A stretch of DNA of 64,000 bases from Eutreptiella sp. 'Long Island Sound 2002' (Eukaryota; Protista; Euglenida): NCBI GenBank assembly GCA_964036045.1, contig OZ038378.1:175894001-175958000 (forward strand). The letters are read 5' to 3'. A program made the position numbers and the translations under genes. A model generated the notes under the pieces. It worked only from the letters and a program-made list of their open reading frames with translations, was not told where the DNA came from and did not search any database. Of this stretch, positions 37,960 to 48,667 are shown one piece after another; the stretch's first letter is position 1, and each line of letters begins with the position of its first letter.

Positions 37960-38800
37960 GGGAAGCAGATTTGCTTTTGATGGTGCTTGTAGCATGTTTT
38001 GCCCCCTGACTTCGGCACCAGTGCCCCATGTCCCGGGCAAGGAACCGTTGTGGGGGTTGAGCGACACCGTTGTCCAAGCAACACGAGGTGTTGGTTTGGT
38101 CAGTTTGGGGTCCTTTCGTCGTTGCTTCGAGGAACCAGGCGGGCAGTGTTCCTGGAGCTTTTGGGGTCGGACGGATATGATGGCCCCCAAAGGGCCATCG
38201 ATTGGAGGGTGTGGGGATATGTCCTCAGAGAATCGCTGGGATAAGATGGTCGGCATAGAGTCACATGCGCCAGGTGGATGATGGGTCGGTCCTCTGTATG
38301 GAGGCCAGTGCAGAACCTTCCCCACTGCCTGCGCCTGCAGGATCCCATTGGGGCAAGCATCGCCATCTTTGTTTGCAGGCACATGCCTTGTAAGCTTTTC
38401 CCAATCAATGCGCCTCTGCGTGTTGGTTGACACCCACTGTAGGGTTCATGCCTCTCAAGGATATGAATGCACTTCGATGTTGAAAGCTCGCCTACGTATA
38501 TACTGCGCTTGCCTTTTTGGAGTGTAGCGAGATTTCCCCCGCTGTTGACCATTTCTGACCATGTTCTGCTCGCCGGTAGCCCCCACCCCTTTGCACATTC
38601 ACATGGAACCTCACCTTTTAGGCGGTTCCCAAAAATGTGGTTGGGCTCAAGGTATTTCTGCACATTTCTTCACCTTCTCTCCTCCATTTGCGCTGCCTGA
38701 CCCTGGTCTGCTTTCCTTGTCTGCTTGCTCTGGAGCCAATGCAGCAACGCAATCCCTTGCAGGGCAATCACACAGAATCACAGCCCTGCCAATGGTGTGC
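37960..38800 (-). mobile_element. Degenerate LINE pre-RT/RT N-terminal fragment
   Basis: ORF 38100-38663 with MAMLAPMG..W..F..RTYPHTLQSM..LVPRS resembles the region ahead of RT domain 1. Confidence 0.3.
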
Positions 38801-38966
38801 ACATGCGCAGCAAGCGATCACTGTCTTCTGGCAAATTGCATGAAGCCATGGTTTCAGTGAGGAAATAGCTCCTGGGGCCTTCCAGCACCTTGAGGCCGGG
38901 TATTCAGGTCAGTAGGAGCAAGTTTAGTGCCGCAGGGATGGGCGCTGTGGCCGTGGAACACCTTAA

Positions 38967-39270
38967 GGGGGCGTACCGTGCGCTGTGCGCGCGCTGTGCA
39001 CGCGCTGTGCGAAAAGTTGGCTGTTCTCCACCACCGTGAGTTCGGTAAGTTCAGAAGATTGAAAGGACGTCATTGAATGGCTGCTGCAGTGGACAGGGCT
39101 ATAGGGGGCAGAATTTAGGTCCCTGGGACCCATGGCAAGCATCAGATGTTTGAACTTTTGAGTTTAGAATTGATTGTGCATGATTCCGCAGGTGGGTGGT
39201 TTTCAGGGTTGTTACCTGGATAATCACCGTAATAATTGGCGCTGTGCGCGCGCTGTGCCAAAACGCCCCC
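38967..39270. mobile_element. 304-bp PIF/Harbinger-like MITE (TAA TSD)
   Basis: TAA|GGGGGCGT ... ACGCCCCC|TAA, with GCGCTGTGC repeats inside both ends. Confidence 0.7.
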
Positions 39271-41199
39271 TAAGCTCCACAGTGACGCCCCCCCCCCTGA
39301 AATTGCCCCCCCCCCCCAGGGGGGGATCCGGCCCGACAAAACGGGGGATATTTCAAGGGGGGGAAGGGTACATGTTGCAGAAGCGGCATCGGTTGCTGCA
39401 CATGCCCAGTATCCTGTGTTTTTTTTGGGGGGGGGGGCAGGGGCAAACTGCTGAGGGCAGGAGAAAGAGCCAATTGATACGTCCGGTGCAGCGCAGCGCA
39501 ATTGTTTGAGTTTTGTGAGGACAGCCCCGGACTTCACACTCAATGTGTACCGGCAGGGCAGCGGATCCCAGAGGCCGAATGCTGCGATGGGAGGCGGTGG
39601 GACAGACATGCCACTGTCACCCACAAAAGTGCTCGACGGACCCTTCCTCCCCCTTTCCGGTGAAGTCCCCCCTTCCTCCCCCCACACCCACAGGCCAAGG
39701 CACGCCCGCAATTAAACACAACCAGAAGTGCGTGAACCCGGAAGTAGCCCCCCCCCCCCCCGTCCTCACACGCTTTGCGCTCCACTGCAGCAAAGGCAAA
39801 ACAATGCACTGAGAGAGTTGTAGCGATGACCATGTGCCTGTCACGCGGGGGTATGTGCGAGCTCTGTATCCGTTGCTTCATCGCCCCTGTCCGAACCCGG
39901 GCTTGTCCAAACACGGCGACCCCGTGTTTCGGCACTTTTGCCCCAGACCAGACTTTTGAACCAGAACCCGGCGCGTGTTAGGACAAGGAGGGTACGAAGG
40001 GGCTCACCCCGCCCCCCGCCCGCCTCCCTCCCCACACTGCAGCCCAAGAGGGATGGGTGTGCGGGAAGGGCTCACCGGGTCCTGTATGCCTGACGCGGAA
40101 GGTCCGGGAACAAAGTCTTCCGTATGTGCTTCCTCGTGTCGGTCCGCCTTTCAGTGGGTGGGTTCCTCCTTGGCTGACCCATTCCCTCAGGATGGGTGGT
40201 CTCTTAACCCGATTCCCTTTCCCTTGTCCTTGCTGCCCCGTCGAAATCACCTCCGTGCCCCACACTGCAGAGCACATTGCTTGTGGCCGAGCACCCACAT
40301 GACCCCGCCTCAAAGATGCATCCCGCAGCCATTGCTGACGTGCTTACAGCGGATTGCCAGCACTGCGCCGCGACAGGGCGTGACAATGGGTTCCTCGTGG
40401 AACGGCTGCTCCAGCGGCCAAGTGCACGCTGACCTACATCTGTTCCCCACCCTGACCCTCTGGCGTCGTATTACCAAGAGTTATCACCAACTTATGCAGA
40501 TGCCCTTTGGGGGGAACGCTCTACAAGCGGTCCCCCAAATAAGCCAACCGCATTGGGGTTGCGGGTTTGGTGCCTCCTGCGACAACTTTTCCGCATTCCA
40601 GTGCAAGCCTCCGGGTGAACAGGCTGGCCAGCGATGTAACCCTGCAACCCCCCGCCCCCCCGGTACAAAAGACAGGCGCTGCCATGTGAGTGTATCGTCG
40701 CATGTACTGCGTCGTTACGGTGATGTGGTTCAAGGGTGCGCTCGGGCTAGTTCAGCAGATGAGCATTTCACGGAGGACACATACTCCGTCTGAAAGTGTC
40801 CTTTGATGTGTCATATCTCACAAACAATTTCACAAGCTCGTCGCTGTGTCCAGATGCACTTCATCTCGATGAACGTGCCGCTGATGTGGCAGGGTGGTGA
40901 CCTCCAAACCATGGCCTCCTCCCTCACTGAATCATGGAAAAGAGTTGACACAGTACACCGTCCTTTTTTCTCGTCGAACCTGGCCCGTGCTTGTGCAAGG
41001 GGCTGGGGTAGCATGTTTGCTGCGTGATCTGAACCGTCGTGCCACGTGTTCTGCGTCAAAGACCCTTGCAGGCTCACAGCGCGTGCCCCACATACCCCCC
41101 CTTCCATGTTGGGGGGGGGGGGTTGCGTTGAAGGGGGACTGTCACCTTGATGACCACTCAAAAATGATCACAGCCCAAACCTCCAAGGTGGACGCTTAA

Positions 41200-41532
41200 G
41201 AGGGAACGTGGGCGCGCCGGGCGCGCTGGGCAAAATTTCAATTGTCACCGTCCCACCTCCAACCGTTTGGGGGCATGTGTCTGCATATGTGTGCATAAAA
41301 GAAGTGCCCAAGAGAGCAAGCAATGATTCCAAGAGAGGTTAATGTTGTCATTACACTCCCTCGCCGCCACATCGTGCAATCATGCATGAATGACTTGTGC
41401 TTTTGCAATTGTTAAAAGGGCACCCCAAGCTTGGTATGACGGGGGTTACGCATTGGGACAGATGGCCGGAACATTGATTTGGGTGCCAGGCGCCGGGCAC
41501 GCACCGGGCGCACGCCGGGCAACCGTTCCCCC
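41200..41532. mobile_element. 333-bp PIF/Harbinger-like MITE (TAA TSD)
   Basis: TAA|GAGGGAACG ... CGTTCCCCC|TAA, with CCGGGCG repeats inside both ends. Confidence 0.6.
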
Positions 41533-44500
41533 TAAGGGAACCTGTTTTGGGTGTCTGCAACTGGGGAGAAGCTGAACGAGCACATTGGGGAGGTGTGAAA
41601 CCCCACACACATAACCACTGGTGACGTTCTTTCAACAGGGAAGGCCAGGTCCCCTGAATGCCCTCGCCGGCGCTTCCCAAGGAGCATTGGGTGGCCTCTT
41701 TTTTCCCCTTGTGTACCGCATAGTCCAGGGTGTGGTATGAACCCCCTCCCCCCCCCCAAAAAAAATCCCGGACCACCTTTTCGCAGGTGAACATTTGGCA
41801 TGCACTGCCCTCCCCTCATTACTTTCATGGGTGTTTTCAAGTTTCGTGTTTCCTCCACGGGGCACACAGGTCACCGAGTATTCTTTGTGCTTCACAACTA
41901 TGTCCAGTTGGAAAGGCGCGATGATGCCCTCCGTCAGTTCCTGACGCCAGGGTGCAACAGAGGAGTCTTGCAGTCCGCCAGTACTGTGCAAATGTTCATA
42001 GACTACCCCCCCCCCCCCACCCCCTTCCTTGCGTGGGGGGCACCGCCACTTGGCAACCGTCCTCCCGGATGTGGATGGGGGACCGTCGTGCGCAGTAGGA
42101 AATAAAAAAGGGGGGGGGGGTACGCAAAGTGGCCCAGCAAAACGCACCGTTGGTTGCAGGGTAATGTCACGGTGCTTGAAGGGGGGGAGTGTCTTTAGAG
42201 GAAAGAATACTTAACGGTGGGCTGGGCCTGGGGTCAATGCAGGCTTTATGGTGGACATAGTGTTAACACCCGTGAATGTTCGTTTAAAGTTGCTGCAAAC
42301 CAGTGCGCATTACGAGTCAGTTTGATACAAATTCTCTCTGTGTGTTTCGTACGTTTCAGGCTGCATCGTCATGCACCATGAAATCGTGTCGGACAAAATT
42401 TAAACTAAGATTAATGCTGTATTACAGGCCAGATGGTAATTTTTCATCGTTGCATTCTTTTACCTTCAGCCCTCTTCACTGACTGACTGTTCTTACGAGT
42501 TGCCAGTCGCCAAATCGAGCTGGGCTCTGGGTGGCATGCCCATATTTCAGCCAGGACGGAGGCGCTGTTTTTCCAATACCGCTCCAAATTCGTATGAAAG
42601 TGGACGGCCAATGGGCTTACTGGCCGGTCATTAGCGTTGCCCAACGTGCTATTTGTCTGCTGCTTCAGAACAACTTGAACAACTGGTGTTGGTCGTAGAG
42701 GCGGGTGCGCAGACGGGGAGCAGCTCACAGCTGCACTGTCAGTGCCCTCTGCCTTATTGTGTTGCAGTAGGTGACCCACTTGTAGGCACTTTTGCATTTT
42801 GAGGGTTGGCATGTGCTGTACAAAAGACGGCACTGTCTGCACTCGGTCTGCCATCTCGATGTACCACATCTGCTTCGTTACGTAAAATCAATGCAGGGAA
42901 TTCCACACACACATCATGGTCAAGCCGCAACCTCGCCGTCCTGTCCAGGCATCAGGCAGGGCGTTGTTGCTATACTTTGTGATGTTCTGTCTGTACAGGG
43001 TGGGGAGGATGAAAATAGGGATCACACAAGCTGTTTGGGTTTGTTAGGGTGAAGATGAGACAGTTTAGGGGGTAGAGCGTAGATGCAGACAGGTGCTGGA
43101 TTTCGAGAGGAGAGAATGGATAGCAGATATATACATAGGTGAGAGTGTCGAAGCAGGAAGTAGGTACATTTTATTGCTGGCGTCTGTGAGGAAATGGGTG
43201 GCCTACCCGGCCTACCCTGATGGTTGTGCATACCTCTGCTGGGAATTTGGGGACTATGTTGTGAAACACCCTGGACAGATTCATTGAGATTCATTTAGTC
43301 CATGGGATGTTTAACCCATGACCCCATTTATTCTATTCTGAAGTTGAAGGAGCCCAACCCTCTCCAGGCCTGGGACCGCGCTTATCCTGGATTGTGCCCG
43401 TCTATGGACAGCGGAAGGGGTATCGTACAATGCATTGTATCCTGCATGTTGCACTGAGCCTTGAGCTAAACAATTAAAAGTGAAAAAAAAGATGAACCAG
43501 GCAAAGGTTCTGTATTTTGGCGCGTGATCGAGGGCAGGCCTACAGGCTGAAGAGAGCAACCTCCCCGCCCCCCCAAATTGGGTATGGTAGCACATGTGTA
43601 TCATAGCATGATGAACTCTGTCGAACTGCCGGACATTGCTGCATGTACATACCAGGACGTGCATGTGTAGAACGCTTTGTGACCTGCTTGCGGCCAAATC
43701 AGAGCCCGACTTCCCCGATTCACCCCAATTTGTTAGCCCGATTCAGTGGGTTGCAGGATTGGACACCAGAAAAAGACATTTTATGTGCTTAGAATTCTGC
43801 AGCTGACAGATAGATTTTCAAAAGAAAATTGTTCACCCTCCGGTTTGTACGTGGCCCTTGATCTATGTCGCGGAACGAAGCTCACTGACCGAGTGGTCAC
43901 AAAACTGGTCTCACAGATGAACCTTGCCGGTTCAAATTCCCCTTGGGCGCATATTTATCACCTGCCTTAAAGTGGTCAGCCTGCTGAAAAAGTGTTTTTC
44001 ATGCACAAACAAAGCCTGCCACAACATCAAACAAGCCCTCACAGTGTCCCAAGACCTAATGCTCCACGTCCAGCCCCCTGAATTGAGTGCGTTTTCCTCA
44101 AATCATGCCCCCCGATTCATTGGCCTGATTTAGTGAACATTTTCCCCAGATGGGGGGGGGGTTAGAGTCAGTGTCGGTGCTTGATATGACACTTTCCCGT
44201 CTGTGGCCTAGCAGAAACTACACGCAATTCTGAGTTCCATGCAGTCATGTTCCGCGGATGCGGCAGGAACTGTTCCATGCTGAATTGTCCCATAAGGGCC
44301 TTCCAGTGCCCAAGTACATTTTGGCAATTGACTTTTCTGTGTTAGGATGCATTCGAAGCAATGGGGCCCCAGATCGGGGATGGCACCAGATGCGACAGCG
44401 GGGTGCCAAAGCAGTTGTGGGGCACTGTCCGGTACAAATGCGAGTGGTCGGGGGAGGGGGGCAGTTATGGTCAAAAAGACGGATTGGGTTGCTGGCTGGT

Positions 44501-46589
44501 GGCCTCCTGGGAGAGACCAGCGCCCCATCCCCCCCCGTCCTGATGAAACTCTGCCGACCAGGAATACCTTGGGGACGCACTAAGCGCAGCGCGGGCGCAG
44601 TGCAAGCGCATTGTTGTTTGAGAGTAGGTTTTGATGCTTCTTCCACATTGAGGATATGGCATTTTTGGATTTTCACCTACTTTCCCCCATTTCCACCTTT
44701 TTTCACACTTTTTTGCTCATTTCCACCACATCCACTCTTTTCTAGGTTGATTTCTCCCCACCATGGGACCTTGAGAAAGCAGAGGTGATGTGCCCATGTT
44801 GTTTTCTCCCCATCATGGGGGCCCCAAGTAGACACGGCTGATGTGTAACCTCAGGATCTAATCAAGGCCGAGGAACAATCTAGCATCCTCTCCAAGTGCT
44901 GTATCAGGTCCACGTACCCTCGAGGGTACTTTAATCAAAGGTGACCTCACGGGCTTGATCAACGCCAAGGATCCTTCGTGCTAGCCAAGACGTACCATGC
45001 CGTCATCCTAAGACGGTCGGCCGCGGGGCTATGCCCGACGGCCATACCCAGTACCCCCGGGTCCATCCTCCTACCCCCATTCATGGAAGATGGACCACCT
45101 CCCGCCCCCACTGAAGGAGGTCTCCAAGGGTCTGCAGTGGGACTTGCTCCCGAGGCAGGGGTGATGTGAAGGTGTTTGGACGGGGTGTGCTTGGGGGCTC
45201 TTCACGGGGAACATGGTCTAAAAAGTAGCGCGCAGTTCGCGCTCAGTGCAAGGGCGCCCCCCCTTGAATCCCCCTAGGTTGCAAATGGAGGGGTCAAGGG
45301 TGCGAGGGAGTGTCAGCCATATCCAATTTGATGTTGGCAGCCTTCATCGTTCGGTCAGGCCAGCTCCTGTCACTTCTTGCGCCCTTGGAACTGGAGCAGA
45401 ATAGCTCATATTGCTGAGGGAGACACCCTATGCATTCTGGTTGAACTCAAATCTATGACCAGTGAATTGTTCATGGTCCCTCCTTGAAGGGGGAGGGCAT
45501 CCTTCCGGCGGTGGGGGTTGGTTATCCGCATGGGGTATTGCTAGTGATACATTCTGGTTGGACTTGAGCAATCAACTAACTTGATCATGGCCACACTCAT
45601 GAAATCGCCCCCCTGTTTCGAATAGACAACTAGTCAGCCCCCCCCTCCCCCCACCCCCACCCCTCACCACCCACCACGGCAGTCGTCGAGCAAAAACCCG
45701 GATGCACTGCAATTGAACATGCTGATGAACATTGGCTGGACATGTCTAAGGCGGGGACATGACTGAGTGTGCAGCCTTTGAGTGGATTTAGTGTATCAAG
45801 TATCTGACACTTCCTGCCAAGAAAAGAGAGGAAAAAGGGACCCGGGAGAAAGTCATAACGTGTGATTATTGGATGATGAGCAGAGAGACCACGACGATCC
45901 TTTTTTTTTTTGAAGAACATCCAACAAACAAAGCAGGCGCACATAAAACTTCCCCTGGCAAGGCTCCTTCGCTGCCTGAGTTGACCGCTTTGGTCCAGCA
46001 AACACCAGAAAACCCCTGGCTGGTTACATCTGGTACAGGCACGGCATAATTTGGTACCGTCCCTCCTGTCCCTCCTGTGTCCAACGAATGCCATGTCCAA
46101 CAAACACTTCCGTTCATCCCGTATTTTTTTGGGTCCTGATTGATTAGGTACTTAATTAGGTACTGGGTTTCAGAACCAACGTTTCAGGCTAAAGGATCGG
46201 GGAAATGAGGGGCTGTGTGATGTATGTTGCAGTAATGGTGGGCACATTTGTAAAGCAGGATGTGAGGGAATGGTACCCCTCAACTACAGGACCTCTATTC
46301 CCCACCATAACTGATTCTCTACTTGCACCTGGCTGGGTCCGTCCCCAAGATGCCTGAGCTGGGGAGCCATTTCTGCCCGTGCCAAGAAGGGCCCCAAGCC
46401 TGGGGAGCATGTTCGACTTTTCAGCAGGAAGCGGGAATGCTAACTGGAAGCCTCCATCACATTATGCTTTGGGCCCCTTTGAATGGGCTGGGTGTCTTGT
46501 GCCTTGGGATGTGTTACCGCCATTTCACAACATTGTCGCGCGCACCAAGCGGTGTGTCCAGCGAACACTCCTGTTTGGACCGTACTTTT

Positions 46590-47000
46590 TAACGACCTAC
46601 CTTACACCCCCCCCCCCCCTAGGGGGGGAACGTCAATTGGGCATTTGACATTCTTCCGGAAACGGTTGGTTGTACTGTGCAAGTGCCCCCTGTCAGAGTT
46701 GATTTCTCCTGTCATTCAGACACCAATGTATGCCGCAGGCACTGGTGTTTGGTACCACTCTCGCAGCAAGGGTGGCCCGCTGTTGGCAACTGTCACTGGT
46801 CCCTGACCCTCTGGACCTGAGTTCCTGCACATTCAATACTAGGGCACCGGGCACAAGTTTCGGTGTTTCGGTTTGGTGGTGCAATCCCAATAGGGGGGGG
46901 GGGGGAACCGTCACTTCCTGACCCCCCCCCCCCCCGTGGGGGGGAACCGTCACGACATTGGGGGGGGGATTACAAGGGGGGCGTAAGGTAATTGTTCGTT
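46590..47000. mobile_element. Inverted-repeat-bounded MITE-like element upstream of the glycosyltransferase
   Basis: Left AACGAC-CTACCTTACACCCCC versus right-end reverse complement AACGAACAATTACCTTACGCCCCCC. Internal G/C runs. Confidence 0.45.
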
Positions 47001-47053
47001 GGACACGGGGGGGGATAGGTGTGCATTGCGTAGGGTGTCTTATACTGACAGAG

Positions 47054-47103
47054 TTTATCCTGAGTGCTTCATTTTCCACTCTGAGTTTCGTATTTTTGTT
47101 GCG
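47054..47103 (+). other. Tandem relict spliced-leader-like sequences
   Basis: 47078-47103 ACTCTGAGTTTCGTATTTTTGTTGCG and the weaker 47054-47076 TTTATCCTGAGTGCTTCATTTTC resemble the euglenid SL (approximately ACTTTCTGAGTGTCTATTTTTTTTCG, from memory). The proximal copy ends 13 nt before the ATG. Confidence 0.6.
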
Positions 47104-47116
47104 TGATGTCGGAGCG

Positions 47117-48667
47117 ATGTATCGAAAACTCGGCGGGATCGTAGCGCTTGCTTTTCTCCTATTGGCGGGCTTCTTTTGGCCGTATGTTCCCGAAGATGAC
47201 CCCGTCGAGCCTCTCAAAAGCTACCCTGTCCCACGTGCTACACGTGACCCCTCCGAGCCTCTCAAAACCACTGCTGACCCGGTCCCTGAGACACCTGTGC
47301 ACGCAACTCCTCTGACATCCCATGTCCCGCGAGAGCTCTCCGACGCAAAGCAAATTGCACCCCCCCAACCGCGCAGCGTTGCCAGAGAGACGCACGGAGC
47401 CGAGGCCTCAGAATCCCTGGCGCCGTGGTCAGCGGTGCCCGCATTCCAAGACTGGGGGGCGTACAGACTGACGGCGCTGGAACAAGTGCTGCACATCAAG
47501 AGACCATCAGTGGGAAGTGCGAACTGCAGCGGCAATGGGCACTGGGTTCGAGGCGTCCGGCCGTACTGTGAATGCTTTACGGGCTGGGCCGGGGATGATT
47601 GTGCGAGGGCAGCGCCCACGCCTTCGCGGCCGAAAGGCTGCATGGTGTTCCTGATGTACGGCGACACGAAGTACGCGCACGAGCTCGCCGCGACGTTGCC
47701 AAGCCTCGACCGGTACTTCCTGGACCGGCACCGCTACCCCATCGTCATCTTCCATTCCCCCAACTTCGCGCGCGCGGAGCGCTGCAACGCCACTCACAGC
47801 GCCTCCTATCTGGACCTCATCCGCGCCCACACCAAGTCCGAGGTCATCTTCGAGGAGGTCAGCCCTGACTTCCGCCCGGAGATGCGGGCCAAGTACGGAG
47901 AGAGGGGCCCGAAGTCGACGTGCACGTACCGCAAGTACCCCCTGGGCTACTACCACATGTGCCGCTTCTTCAACTACTTGATGTTCCACTCCCAAACGCT
48001 GAAGCAGTTCGAGTACGTGTGGCGCATGGACGGCAACATCGCCCTGTCCCGCCCGATCACGTGTGACCCCTTCGCCGTGCTGCGCGACACGCGCGCCCTG
48101 TACGGGTTCTACCGCTGGGACCACCAGGAGCCAAAGGGCTGCACGGGGCCCATCCGCGAGTGGGGCTTCGAGTACGCGAAGCAGCACGGGTTCACGCCGG
48201 CCCATCTGGACCGCGTGGGCAGCCCCGAGCGGGGCCCGCGCCTGTACTTAGGGGCCTGGGGGGTGTTCAAGTGGAGCTTCTTCACGTCGCAGAGTTGGCT
48301 CGACTTCATTGAGACGGTGGACGTGAAGGGCTTTGTGTACCACCACCGGCTCGGGGAACAGGTCCTGTACGCGCACGCGCTGGGGCTGCTGGTCCCGGCG
48401 GAGGCGCTGCACCAGTTCGGGGGCTTCTCGCCCCTGATCCACCGGAACCAGCCCATCTGGCCCTATGCGGAGTGGGGCGTGCGGCGGCAGGACCCGTTCT
48501 GTGAGTGGCGCGCCAGGCACGTCCCGTGGCGCGACGCCCCGGCCTCTGTGACGCCCCCGCAGTGGGCGGAGGCGTGGCCCGAGAAGCGTGTCATGGACGG
48601 CCTCAAGGAGCAGGCGCGGAAGGAGGAGGCGTCCCAGAAGTCCCCGTGCCCCAAGGGCGGGGGGTAG
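47117..48667 (+). CDS. Type II membrane EGF-like + GT15 (KRE2/MNT1-family alpha-1,2-mannosyltransferase-like) protein, 516 aa, intronless
   Basis: Signal anchor MYRKLGGIVALAFLLLAGFFWP, Pro-rich stem, EGF-like CSGNGHWVRGVRPYCECFTGWAGDDC. GT15 motifs RYPIVIFH, GYYHMCRFF, YVWRMDG and FFTSQSWLDF..VD..G..YHHRLGE. Strongly GC3-biased codons. Confidence 0.88.
   Translation: MYRKLGGIVALAFLLLAGFFWPYVPEDDPVEPLKSYPVPRATRDPSEPLKTTADPVPETPVHATPLTSHVPRELSDAKQIAPPQPRSVARETHGAEASESLAPWSAVPAFQDWGAYRLTALEQVLHIKRPSVGSANCSGNGHWVRGVRPYCECFTGWAGDDCARAAPTPSRPKGCMVFLMYGDTKYAHELAATLPSLDRYFLDRHRYPIVIFHSPNFARAERCNATHSASYLDLIRAHTKSEVIFEEVSPDFRPEMRAKYGERGPKSTCTYRKYPLGYYHMCRFFNYLMFHSQTLKQFEYVWRMDGNIALSRPITCDPFAVLRDTRALYGFYRWDHQEPKGCTGPIREWGFEYAKQHGFTPAHLDRVGSPERGPRLYLGAWGVFKWSFFTSQSWLDFIETVDVKGFVYHHRLGEQVLYAHALGLLVPAEALHQFGGFSPLIHRNQPIWPYAEWGVRRQDPFCEWRARHVPWRDAPASVTPPQWAEAWPEKRVMDGLKEQARKEEASQKSPCPKGGG

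Noticed and set aside
44914-44929. Perfect 16-bp palindrome GTACCCTCGAGGGTAC
   Set aside because: About one such palindrome is expected by chance in 64 kb (64000/4^8), and there is no supporting context.
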